A stretch of DNA of 64,000 bases from Podarcis bocagei (lineage: Eukaryota), in the NCBI GenBank assembly GCA_964188305.1, contig OZ076893.1, one strand, 5' to 3'. The notes under the pieces were generated by a model. The model was not told where the DNA came from. It saw only the letters and a list, made by a program, of their open reading frames with translations, and ran no database searches. Positions 1-12,100 of this stretch are shown piece by piece. A program made the position numbers and the translations under genes. Within the stretch, counting starts at the first letter, position 1. Every line of letters starts with the position of its first letter.

Positions 1-1520
1 GATGGTAGCTTTCCTTGGGAACATAAAATCATGTAATGAAGTGGCTATTGGGTTGACTATCTGATGGAAAGATACTGAGGTGTGTGAGAGAGGGGGAGAG
101 GGAGCACCAGCTGGGTCATATAAATTCAATCTCAAGTACTGTCACTGTCACACATATACATAAACATGTATTTCTTTGCTAGGCCTTCTCAGTTTTCCAT
201 CTGTGTAGCTACTGCAGTAAACCACTCTATTCCTCCTTCTCAATTTTAATAGCAGCACTGAAAGCCCTCTGGCAATGCAGAAATATGAAGCCAGTCCATT
301 AAGAGGAGTTCAGCCACAGAAAAAGAACAGGGCAGCAGCTGTTACAGGTGGAGCAGAATCAGAGGAAAGCTAGTGTGCCATGGAGGTGCGAGAAGTTTGC
401 AGGCTATAATCACTGCACGCCTCTCAACAAAATGGCCATTTGTCAATATCAAATTTAAAATGCCGCTCAGCAAGTCTGGGTGGTAAAAATCAACAGGGTG
501 ATGTACATCATTTGTTCATCATCTGATATTCTATAGATAAAGTTGCAGTCTTTGTTGCTCACATTTAAATGCTCACATTCCCACGCTCATTAATGTAGAT
601 GAGTATCCCCATGACACTTTTAAGCCTGCACTGACTAAACGAAGCAATCTATTCTTTTAGCACCCTAGCAAGGAATACATCAGGAGGATTAAAAAGGCAT
701 TAAGAGGTAACTAATCAGTGATGTCATTATCTTAAATATTCAATCTAAGATTTAATTTGGGGAAGAAACAATTTCACATTTCAGCACCGTCAAAAAGGGG
801 TGAAATAAATGGCAAAACCTGCATAGATGTTATTGGAACTGGGCTGCAATAGGAAATGAAATGATACATTCTGAGAGGCAATTGTGGGGTCAATTTATGT
901 TGATTTAAACAGAACAAACCTTCAATTTTTGTCATAAAACTATATGCAATTCTTCAGCTACAAGTCCCCCCCCCAACAGTCACACACACACACACTGCTC
1001 CAAGTTGAACTAAGCAAATTATTTTCAAATAATAATGAACTAGCTGCTTTATCCCTTTTGTTCAAATTGACCTATGAACTCTTGCATTTATTTCTCAATT
1101 CATTTGAACATTAAAATTGCTCTGCAAAGTTCAATTCCATCCAAGTAGCTACTGCAAATATTACTCACCATTTCAGTACTGAAATAAGTTTTAATAAGAA
1201 CACACATGATAACACAAAACAATTAATGCAGAATAGTTTGAGACTGCCATGTGTATATTGCCATTAATGCTTTTTCTACACAACAATAAAGTTGTTTTGT
1301 GGGAGATCCAGCTTACGGACTGTTTTTCCAGGTATTCAGTGTTAACCGAACACACAAGGGGAGGGGCGTACTTATCCTGATGAGTTCACTCAAGAGTTAT
1401 AACAGGTTATATAGTAGATTTAAATGCCATTGTTGATACCACCATCATGTTCACAGAGAGATGCAGGCCAAATGAATAACAGCAAGGAGCTCAGACCATG
1501 AGGATCCAGATGAACTGCGA

Positions 1521-2750
1521 GCTCAACCATATTAAGTCTGATGATTCTTCAAATTGTCAACACTGAAAATTCAGATCTTTTAGATGCAGGAAACGGCATT
1601 CAGTTACTCAGCTAACCAAATGATGTTTTCACCTTTCTCTTTTATTCAAGGTGTCTCAAAGACACTGATAGTTTTTTAGCATGTGATGCTGATTGGTTGG
1701 GAATTCTACAGAACTGTTCCTGGATCATGTCTGATTACTGACAACAATGTGATCTTCTTTTCTTCTTCACTATTCTTGGCTACCCCACAACTGCTCTTTT
1801 CCTCTTACGGAAATTATATTCACCAATACCAATCTCTTTCCTAACTTATGTGGGAACTGTTTCCAATACCCCTGATCTGCACTTGCACATGAACTTTTAT
1901 AGCAACTTTCATGTGGTAGTTACAACATATGCACTGTCCTTTAGCAGGTCCATAGCAATGCTGGAATATAAATTCAGGACTATCAGTGTTACTCACTGGA
2001 TAAATGATATTGGTGCAATGTTTAAAAATTATGACATGGTGGTGGAACCATGAATCTTATAGTTCTTCTTTGTTGTGATCTGGAATCCCTTCTCAATTCT
2101 TTTCCATTCACTTCAGTGGAAAGTGTAGCTTTTGCATGTAGAACTTTTGAACTTGCAGAGATGCTATCTCCATCAAAATTAATGAGGAAGCATAAGGAGC
2201 TGAAGAACTCCCCATATACTTCAGACCACCTGCAGAGGTGCTGACAGGGTGCACTGACTGTTCTTTGTTGGTGAAGTAGCCCATAATAAAGCTAGGATTT
2301 AAATGAGCAAACAAATCATAAAGAGACTCTATAGGGGCAGCAATATAAGGCACAGAAACATCTCTATTGACCTTAGCAACCATTAGTGTGGCATTATGTT
2401 ACAGCTTGTCATAGAATACTCTGCATAATGTTACCCAATTTCCCCCAATTTCAGCATGAGATTCTTTGTTCCTCAAACTGTTTCAAAGTAACTAATATAT
2501 ACTGCATGCCAACATCTGTAGGTATTGAACTATTAGCATTACATAGCCTATGAATTTCTTTTCTCAAATTACTGGTGTATAGTTTAGTAGGATAATTCCA
2601 TTGCAACATAAAGCCATCCAAAATAGCTTGCAGCACTATTTGGTTCATAATGATTTTCTTACAGGAACCTGTTTCCAAAATGCATTAATACAGAGAAATA
2701 GGTTTCCAGGGGCTATTTTTTAAAAGAGAATGAGGGGGAAACAGATCCAT
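1521..2750 (-). pseudogene. Decayed coding sequence; candidate endogenous hepadnavirus (core/polymerase) fossil
   Basis: Overlapping stop-poor frames: 2750-2454 (1 stop), 2458-2111 (1 stop), 2291-2025 (0), 2056-1844 (0). Colinear by-eye similarity to recalled duck-HBV/HBV core and pol motifs. No search was run. Confidence 0.3.
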
Positions 2751-2772
2751 TTACTGAAAATTGCTCAGTGGT

Positions 2773-2832
2773 CAAGCAAGCAAGCAAGCAAGCAAGCAAA
2801 CAAACAAACAAACAAACAAACAAACAAACAAA
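2773..2832. repeat. Compound (CAAG)n(CAAA)n microsatellite
   Basis: Seen directly. Confidence 0.95.
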
Positions 2833-4278
2833 CCACATATGACCTTTTAGTAATGTAATGTTGCACATTTGCTAGAAACCTATCAACTTTATAGGACGGG
2901 TGAAAATGGTAAAGTCTGTGAATGTGAAGCATCTGAAGTAATTACTGTGACTAATTGACTCTGAGGAAGCCCATAAAGCACTGGACTACAACGCCATGCA
3001 TAATCGGCACATTTTAATGATGAATGATTTACGATACAGTAAAGCTGCAATAAATTAGAATCACATTCTAACCTTTAATTCTATAAAAACAGTCAAACCA
3101 TATTTAAATAAAATGTGCAAAGCTGCTGAATCAAAACATGATTAAGGCCACTCATTACTCCATGTCCTCTAGCTGTTACCCCTTTGCTACTTTTAAACTA
3201 CTCAATATAAACCAAAAATAAATGTTGAAACAAACTAGTTACTCCCAAAAGGAGATCCAAAGAGGCAGCAGAGATGCAGAAGCTATGACCATCCAAATGC
3301 TATGGACCTCCAACTCCCATCAGCCCTAGCTGATTTGAAGTCCAGTAACATCTGCATAGCTGCAGGACTCCCATCCCTGAGATAATATGTCTAACTGTGC
3401 CACCTTCAACAGAGGAGGGTTGGCCAGGAACAACTTGTGAATCAGAAGACAAGAATTGGTGATTTGAAAAGATGCTGGGATGAATGAGAGAGAGGAAAAC
3501 TACTGGATAATAGGCAGATTTAGAAAAAATGTCAGTGGGAGAAAAACATTCAAACCATATAGGCAGCATAAGGAGCTTAGCTTGTTAAAGTTCAGCAACT
3601 GGCACCCTCAGAGCAAATTCTAGACACCTGATGATACTAACTTCACACCTCGTAATAGGGTGGCGAGATTCAAAAGAAGACAGTCCTCCTGTACCTTTAA
3701 TAGCTGTGTAGAAGTGGGAATTTCAGTAAGTGTAGTATGTGTTAGGCAAAGTTTTCCCTTCTGTACAAGACTGCAGGAACCCTTTCCTCTTCAGTATCTG
3801 CTCCTGCAACCCCCTACCACTCCTGCAAGTACAGTGTGTGAGGAAAGCACTGGTGGTAGGATTTGCCAGCAACAGATGCTCTTACTTGTAAGTAAGCAAA
3901 GGATCCTTACTAAGTGTAAAGACTCAGCAGCAGGAAAACAGCGCTTCAAGTCCCAAAGCTCTTACAAAGTACAAAGTTGGCTGGGATGGGTCTAATCTAG
4001 GAAGCATGTCCAAGGTACATGGGTTTGGAGTCAGTTACAAGAAGTTCAGGACAGCACAGGAGAAGTTGTTGCAGCAAGTATTCCATACCTACCCATCTAG
4101 GTGCTGCACGTACCCATGAGAGTCTTGATTTCTGAAATAAGCAGCTAGGGTGCAAGCTGTGTCTAGGTGCCTGCTTCTGTTCCCTTCTCCTGAGGGAGTG
4201 CCTGGGAGAGAACACCAGGCCCACTGCCCCCAGCCACTCCTGAATCATATTCTGCCAACCCAATCTGAGGTTCTACAC

Positions 4279-4405
4279 CAGTGTTTCCCAAACTTGCTGT
4301 TTTTGGAATACAGCTCCCATCATCCCTAGCTAGCAGGACCAATGGTCAGGGATGATGGGAATTGTAGTCCAAAAACAGCTGGAGACTCAGGTTTGGGAAA
4401 CCCTG
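4279..4405. mobile_element. Palindromic hAT-type MITE
   Basis: TIR cagtgtttcccaaac / gtttgggaaaccctg with an internal hairpin. Perfect 8-bp TSD ttctacac at 4271-4278 and 4406-4413. Confidence 0.9.
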
Positions 4406-6720
4406 TTCTACACCCTCCCTCCCTCTCCCCCACCCCAGGAGGAAAGGGAGCTGGAAGTCCTCTCTCCACACTAGAGGCCAGATGAGATGAAGGAAGGGCT
4501 TCCCTCTGTTCAAGCCTTCCTTTCCCAACCCTAGCCATCCTCTGGAGGAATCCAGAGTCTGCAATCCAGGGTTTGAGCCTGATGGAAGGACACAAGTCAT
4601 GGCAGCCCTGCCCTGTCCTTTTTCTGTATTTCCTAAAGTAGCCTTAAATAAAACAAGTTGATGACCAGGATGTCTTCATTCCTAGGGAGCTAAAACAAAA
4701 GGCTGGACAGACTACAGTCTAGGATGCTGAGTCTTACAGCGCTATCCTATACTTTTTCTCTTGGATGTAAGCCCCACCTACAATGTGTTCAGGAAGGCTA
4801 ACTCTCATATAAGCATGTTTAGGATTGCAGTCTTAACTGCTTCAGTTGCTCTGCAAAAGTTGGACTAAGGTGACAACAACCACATAAACATTGGGGTGAC
4901 AGGAAACCAGCCACTTCCCACCACTTCTGGCATTGGAGCTCCAATATCAGTTGGGCCAGGACTTTCAAAGAGCCAGTGACATCAGAGAGGTAGGCCCAAC
5001 TTAATGTCAGACCTATGTCTCTTGACATCATTGGGTGATCCAATCTGTCCTTTGGCCCTGGGACATCTTCAATGGGACCTTGGACTTCCACCCAAAACGA
5101 CTTATTAGAGTCTGTCCAACTTCATGAATTTTATCAACTATGCAGTTGAGCAAGATAACTTATTAATAAGAAGGAAATCATTAATAAATTATTTTTCTCT
5201 GAATATAGCTGATAATTAACTACCTTTCCATTATGTGTAATAAAGATGCATAATTCTACTGTGGCAGAACTCATCACATCATCTATTTTAAGTCTTATAG
5301 TTACTGTCAAGAAACAAATTCCCCCCCAAAATCTCATTGTTCTTTTTTTAGAAGAGGGGATGGTTCTCAAATTCTTCCTTAAATATGACCAGACTCTGAA
5401 ATTAACTTCTCTAATTATATAATGCTAATGAATTCTGTGAATTAGGGAAATTATTAATATAGTTCCAAAAATTAACTTCCATGAATTATTTTGCTTCCAG
5501 CACTTGCATATTTGTTTTATTTATTTTATACCAAACCATTTTGTTCTGATTAGTAGAAAAGAAAAATCTGGACATAAAATGACAGGTAAACATAATTACT
5601 ACGGGGGACAATATATTGATCAAAATGCATTGGGTATAATGCAGAGAATGTGATGGCTGCCTAAATTTGAACAGGAAAGTCTCACTAAACTCAATGAATG
5701 TCACTACTGAATAAACATGCTTAGCAACAAGCTGTAGGTTTTATTAAAATCTAGGAGAGTTCTGCCATTAAATTCAGTGGTTTGGGATTGCATCTTTATA
5801 ACACACTCTTATGTGTGTTATACTTACTCAAAAGTAATTTCCATTGAATTCAATGAGGCTTATACCAAGGTAAGTGAGTTTAGGATTGCTACCTCAGTCA
5901 AATTCATATCACTGAGACTTGCTTGTAATTCAGTTTAATACATGCTTACTCAGAAGTAAATCCCACAAAGTTCAATCAACTTACTCCTAAGTATGTGTGT
6001 GTAAAGAACAGCCCTTAACTAAACACTTAAGGCTGCAATCATATCTACAATGTGCATGAAAGTAAGCTCCACTGAATTTATGGCCACTAGGAGCATCAGT
6101 AGAGGCCAATGTCATGGGACAGAGCCATGGGGCCAACCTTGCATCGCCACAGCCTACCTACTGGCAGAAGTATCAGCTTGCCTCTGCTGCTGCCGCTGTT
6201 ACTCCTGAACTTGCCACTGCCCTGCCCCAGCCAGGCAAGCTGCAGTGATGCTAGTGCTGGGATGCTCCATGGCTCCACCACTATGATTTATGGGACTTAC
6301 ATCTAAATAAATCTGCAGAGGATAGGGTTGACTTGTGTCTTTCTCGGCTTTGTGTCACAGACCAGTGGGACTTAGGAAAGACTATATAGCTCAGTGATGG
6401 ATCAGGTGTTATTCATACAGGTCCCAGGTTCATTCAATCCCTGGCATCGCCAGATGGGGTTGGCAAAGACCACCCCACAAAACTGTGCAGAGCTGCTATC
6501 ATTCAGTGTACACAATGATGAGTGTTAGATGGACTAGTTAGATGGACTTTTTATATGCCAGATTTATTTGCCTGTTCCCTTGCAATCAGCGACCTCACAT
6601 ACATAATAGACAAAAGTTCAGGCTTGGTGAATGTTTGAAGGCTGTCAAAGAACAATTCAGAGCTTTACCTTCTTCCATTCCAGCTCCTTTCTACTTCCAT
6701 GATTGGGTCATACTTTTGCA

Positions 6721-6722
<2 letters not shown>

Positions 6723-6760
<38 letters not shown>
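6723..6760. repeat. (TG)n microsatellite
   Basis: Seen directly. Confidence 0.95.
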
Positions 6761-6763
<3 letters not shown>

Positions 6764-8204
6764 GAGTGTTTTAAGTACTCCATAGACCCTTTTTAAATTA
6801 ATAGACTATAGCCTTCTCCCCTCCTAACCCCCTTTTCCTTAGCAGCAAATTCATTGCTTGCTATACTGGGAGTGAGGTTGTTCACATCTATGCCATACAA
6901 GACACACATTTAATAAAAGCATCTCTTCTCAGAAATGATCCTTAAACACACACTTCACTCACAATTCAGTGTGGTGAATGGGTCCTTAAGAAGATGCTCA
7001 AATGGATGGGAGGGTGAGAGTGCATGCAAGGCTCTGAGTGTTGTAATGAGCAAGAGTGTGGAGAAAAGTGGAGGAGGAATGTGCAGGTTAATTGCTAATT
7101 AATAATAATAACAACAACAACTATTCTATTACAGCTCTCGTTCCCAACCTGTGGCACTGGTACTTTTGTGGATACTTAAGCACTTACCATGGGCGGGTTG
7201 GATGTGAGAAAAATCATGTAGCTTAAAACTCCCAGGTCTACATATTTGTGGGATGGAAAGCCTTTGCAAAGTTTTTGTGGTGCAGATGCAAATTTTTGTA
7301 TGTACTGGCTAAATAATAAAATCAAAATACTGCACACAAAAGAACTCAGAAACCAGGCACATTTGCATACCTCTACTTATTTTGCAAAATTAATTTGTCA
7401 TTTGTTAGCCACAATGAATGACATGGAGCTGTACATGTCACTCATTCATGTTCTTCCACTTCACCACCCAGAAGACCTTTTCCTCCACCTCTAAGACTTG
7501 TTGGGACCTTTCCTTTTTTGGGGGGTGCATGATGCTGAATCCAGTAATACCAGGTTCTGCAACAGTTTCATGACAAGCTTATAGTATGCACACCGTCCTG
7601 GCTCTGTGTGCATCTCCTCTTTTGTTTTGATTTCGGCCAGCCCCTGCGTATTGAATGGGATGGGAGTCCCATTACACAAAACCACTGTAAAAAAGCAGCC
7701 ACCATAAAACATCTGACAAACCTTTTATCAGTTCAGTGTGTGGCAACAGCTGACTGCTATAATCAGGCAACAGAGAAGCCTTATTCAACCATCTTTCTTG
7801 AATTTTCCCTGTACATTAGACTTATTTACTAATTTTCTCATATTAATTTACCACTTTTCTTCCATTATTGAAGTCAGGGCAAACCTTGCTTAACTACAAC
7901 AAAGTAGAAGTCGAGTATGTCTTCAGATCAGTTTCTAAGCCCTTGCCCTTCATTAGGATTCTTTATATTATTTTTAAATTTTCTATGCCAACTATTTCCC
8001 CAACAGGAGATAACAAAAAGTAATAAAAACAGAATAAAAGACATAATCCTTTAAAACCCCAATACGCATTTAAATTAATACATTATCCTTGTCCAACATG
8101 TTTAACAAATCACAGAAGCACAAAAATAATTGAACTGAGCCAGCAAAGATTACACAATTTCTGTAACTTTTTTTAAGCCAGATATTCACCAATTTCCTGA
8201 GGCA

Positions 8205-8560
8205 ATACAGCAATGGGGCTTAACAGAACTTGCTCAGCAAGGCATTCCAAAAAGTAGGTGCCACAACTGAAAAGGTCCTAACCCCAGTAGACATCAGTCT
8301 CATGTACCAAGTTTGAGGGCGGCAGATGATGAGTGGAGTACAAATGATATGCGGTTCCAAAGGTACCCAGGTTAACACCCACAGTTTAAATTTATCCCTG
8401 ATAGTAATTTTCAGCCAGTGCAAATTATGTAGAATCAACATGATAAAATCTGATTACCTAGCTCCTATCAGAATCAGTGTGCAGCATAATTAAAGTCCCC
8501 AAGCACTTTTCAAGGGCAGTTCCATATAGAGCTTGTTACAGTAGTCTAATTTGGGAGGTC
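8205..8560 (-). mobile_element. Old L2 fragment
   Basis: Minus frame LHNLHWL..FKLWVLT...RTFSVVAPTFWNAL, which are L2 C-terminal motifs. Confidence 0.7.
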
Positions 8561-8651
8561 ACTCAAGCAGTAATGGCCATTGGAAGGTCTGGCTTTGTCA
8601 GGAAGGGTCAAAACGTGCACCCTTAGCTACCAAAATAAAATAAAATAAAAG

Positions 8652-9135
8652 GTATTATTTATACCCTGCCCAACTGGCTGGATTTCCCCAGCCACTCTGG
8701 GCAGCTCCCAACAGAATATTAAAAACACAATAAAACATCAAACATTAAAAACTTCCCTAAACAGGGCTGCCTTCAGATGTCTTCTAAAAATCAGATAGTT
8801 GTTTATTCCTTTGACATCTGATGGGACGGCATTTCACAGGGTGGGCGCCACTACTGAGAAGACCCTCTGCCTGGTTCCCTGTAGTTTCACTTCTCGCAAT
8901 GAGGAAACCGCCAGAAGGCCCTCGGTGCCAGAAGGCCCTCGGTGTCCAGGCTGAGCAATGGGGGTGGAGATGCTCCTTTAGGTATACTGGGCCGAGGACA
9001 TTTAGGGCTTTAAAGGTCAGCACCAACACTTTGAATTGTGCCTGGAAATATACTGGGAACCAATGTAAGTTTTTCAGGACCAGTGTTATATGGTCTCAGT
9101 GGCCACTTCCAGTCACCAGTCTAGCTGCCGCATTG
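8652..9135 (-). mobile_element. L2 LINE 3' fragment
   Basis: Minus frame VLVLTFKALNVLGPVYLKEHL is typical of the L2 ORF2 C-terminus. The 3'UTR is nearly identical to the copy at 56470-56825. Confidence 0.85.
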
Positions 9136-12100
9136 GCACCTGCACAACAAACAGGAGGACCAGTTGAATACCCCCAAACTAAACTCCTGCTCTTTCAGTG
9201 AGACTGCAAACCTTCCCAGAACTGGCTGTAAATCCAGTCCCGAGTCATATTGCCAACCTGCCAAAAGGAGTTCTGTTTTGCCTGGATTAAGTTAGTGGAA
9301 CTATATATAACACATGGTGCCTGCATACTAGATGCCAACTGTAACAATATGCCAATGCCTGCTGGTGTAGCACTCTATATGCCTCTTCTGGATCCCAACC
9401 CACAGTTTACTTTCATTCCAATGTGTGCTGTAACTCTTACCTGGTTTAGTTCATTTAAAATTAAGTCCTTCCAAGTAAAAATGTTTTGTATAATTTGTAC
9501 AATATTTAATAATTTTCTTAGCTATTTTATTACTTTGTTACTAGGCCTTTCCAGGTACCGTGAGCATGAGCAAGACTAAATGTTCAACTCTTGAAGAGGA
9601 AGGTGGGGAGGTTGTGGCTAAGCCCCTGACCTTCCACATGAAATTATGGGTTGGGTGGGTGGGTGGGGGGAGAAACACTGTAGAATTTTAAGTGGAGAAC
9701 CCGGGAAAATAAGAATCAGCAAATGCCTTGACTTCAGTGTAAACCACACACCGATACACATTTTGAAACATTTCTCTACTGCATTTTAAAAATCCTATTA
9801 TTCCGCTGAATATGCATAGCACTAAATAAACATAATCTCCTCACACTCCCACACACATAAGTGAAATTTATTCGCTTAACAAAGCACCTTGTGGCGTTTA
9901 AACTGCAAATGAAGACATTAATGGATTAGAATCGAGACAGCGGTGCATTAGCTCTTCTCTCCTAGATCAGTAAAAATGGCATGAATTTGAATCTTGCTAT
10001 GCCCTACTCTTGGCGTTTCTTGTAAGTTAGCCATGACTGTTAATTGCTAGTGTTAAAGTGGATTTATGTTCCATTAACGACCCAATGGTGAGAAATTACA
10101 GAAATGACTTGTGCTGTTATATTTTGGTCCTGTGGGTTTGCTGAATCTTCATTAAGATTCAAATTGTGCAGTCTGAGCAAATCCTGAAACAGCTCAGTGT
10201 CTGCCGGAACATTTGTAGCATTATATAGTCTATGCGCCACCAAGAAGATTTGCACACAGTCTTCCTTGATTAGCCACTATAACACAAGCTCAACTTATTT
10301 GATGGAAGATACATCATTTTCACACACAAAGGCTTCCAACCATTGATTAAAATTAGAGCTCTGCTCTCTATTCCCTCCACCCCCCCTGTCTTCCCCTCCA
10401 AATGAAATGAACTCTGGTTAAGCACAGTGAGCTCCACCTACACCCAGAGGCCGACTTTCTCATCTAATTGAAGGATTGTGATCATGATGACAGTAAGCGA
10501 ACCAGCTATTTACATTAGTTATTCCATTAACTGCAAACTGAATCAGACTCTTCCCTTTCTCTCCTACCTATACCAAATCTGTCTTCGTTAAAATGACTCC
10601 TGCTAATGTACCTGCCATACTTTTGGACAGTGTACATCATCAGCCATCTCCTAAAGGGAGCTGTCATTATAGCTTCTAAAGCAATTTTTAAAATTAAAAA
10701 AACACCACAATCTTTCTTCAACCTGAATTTCCCTCAAAGCTTCTGCTATTTGTATAGATTAGAGCCAAAGCTAGCATCACTTACACCCAATGCTGATGAC
10801 TGATCATTCTGAAGTTTCACTTGACACAGCATGTAAACATTTCCCCTAGATTGTCTAAGCACTCTCCAATCCTAATTGATCCAATTTGCATGTCTCATCC
10901 TGGCAGAACTATCTATCGCTTCTACCCATGTGGGCAATGTGATCGTAATGTAATCATTATAAGCACAAAGCATATGGTAGGTTTGCAGGTCTTCCGTCAC
11001 CCCCTTTCATGGACCCATGTTAAAGCTTTCTATCTCATGACATCTCATCTCTCTCCATTTCTAAAGCACCACCATCTCACTGATTGGCCTTCTGTTACTA
11101 ATTGTAGCTCACTTTAAATGTGCATCATTTTTATGCAGAAAGCTTCCTAACTTTGGTATTTCACTTTCTTTAGAACAGCTGCTTTAATTTTGCAACCTGC
11201 TCATCCAATTTATCTCTAAAGGGCAGTGCGCTGTCTATTGCTGCATTTTGGTCCAGTGGGGGGTGGACGATCAATGGGCTTTGCCAGGACGACTATTGCC
11301 CCATTAGCCCCATCCCCAATCTTCTGCTTAAGCACTTGAATTTAAGTCAGCATGCAGTCCAATCCTAGCCACAGTTACTTGGAAGTAAGTTCCGCCAAGA
11401 TAAACAGAGCTTACTTTCAGGTCAATATGCAGAGGATTTCATCCTAATTAGTCTTGCTGGTGTTAAGAGAGCTAAATGCCCTAAATAAAAGCACTTGGGC
11501 ATAAATGAGTATTCTGAAGTAAAGTTTCTCCACTCTACTGTAGTTAACCAAGTATGAATAGCCACAGTCAGCCTTTCTCTACCAACAATAGTTCACATTT
11601 GGCACACCAGCCTTACTGGTGAAAATAGCTTTGCACAATGGAAGCCAGTTCGCCTTCAACTGATAATACTGACTCTACTAGTATCCCAAGCTGTGTTGTG
11701 CATGAAGAGAATTGCCCCATTCAGAGCAGGTTGAATTCAATATCTGTTCTTATATGAAGCACCACCAACAGCATCTCCATCTTGATGTGGGTGAGCTTCT
11801 TTAGCCCTCATCCAGTCCATTACTGAACCCCAACAGATTACCACAGCATCTTATGGGGGGGGGGGTTATGTATAGATCAGGTGCTCTGCATTAAATTGAT
11901 TGCAGTATCTTGCACTTGTACACGTTTCTGACGACACAGATATGGTTATGTTTATTACTGCAATTCATTTACACATCCCGTTCCACCATGTCAACACAAC
12001 TCCTGGATAATGCTTTGCACAGCCTAAAGCAATGCACTGGTACAGCATTTTCCATGTATAATAGCCTGACTTGAATGTTGTCTAGGTGCAAGAGGTCTTG

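Noticed and set aside
1755-1835. IGIGEYNFRKRKR...KKKRR resembling a viral C-terminal NLS (e.g. orthomyxovirus PB2)
   Set aside because: A short purine-rich stretch in a frame with many stops, with no further similarity.
2400-2750. Alternative reading of the decayed ORF as a retroviral/Gypsy integrase (PWKPISL, QWNYPTKLYTSN, GGNWVTL)
   Set aside because: The catalytic D,D,E residues are absent and the spacing is too short. Kept only as a competing hypothesis for the search.
8784-9201. 81-126 aa ORFs
   Set aside because: They derive from an L2 LINE remnant and its antisense strand.
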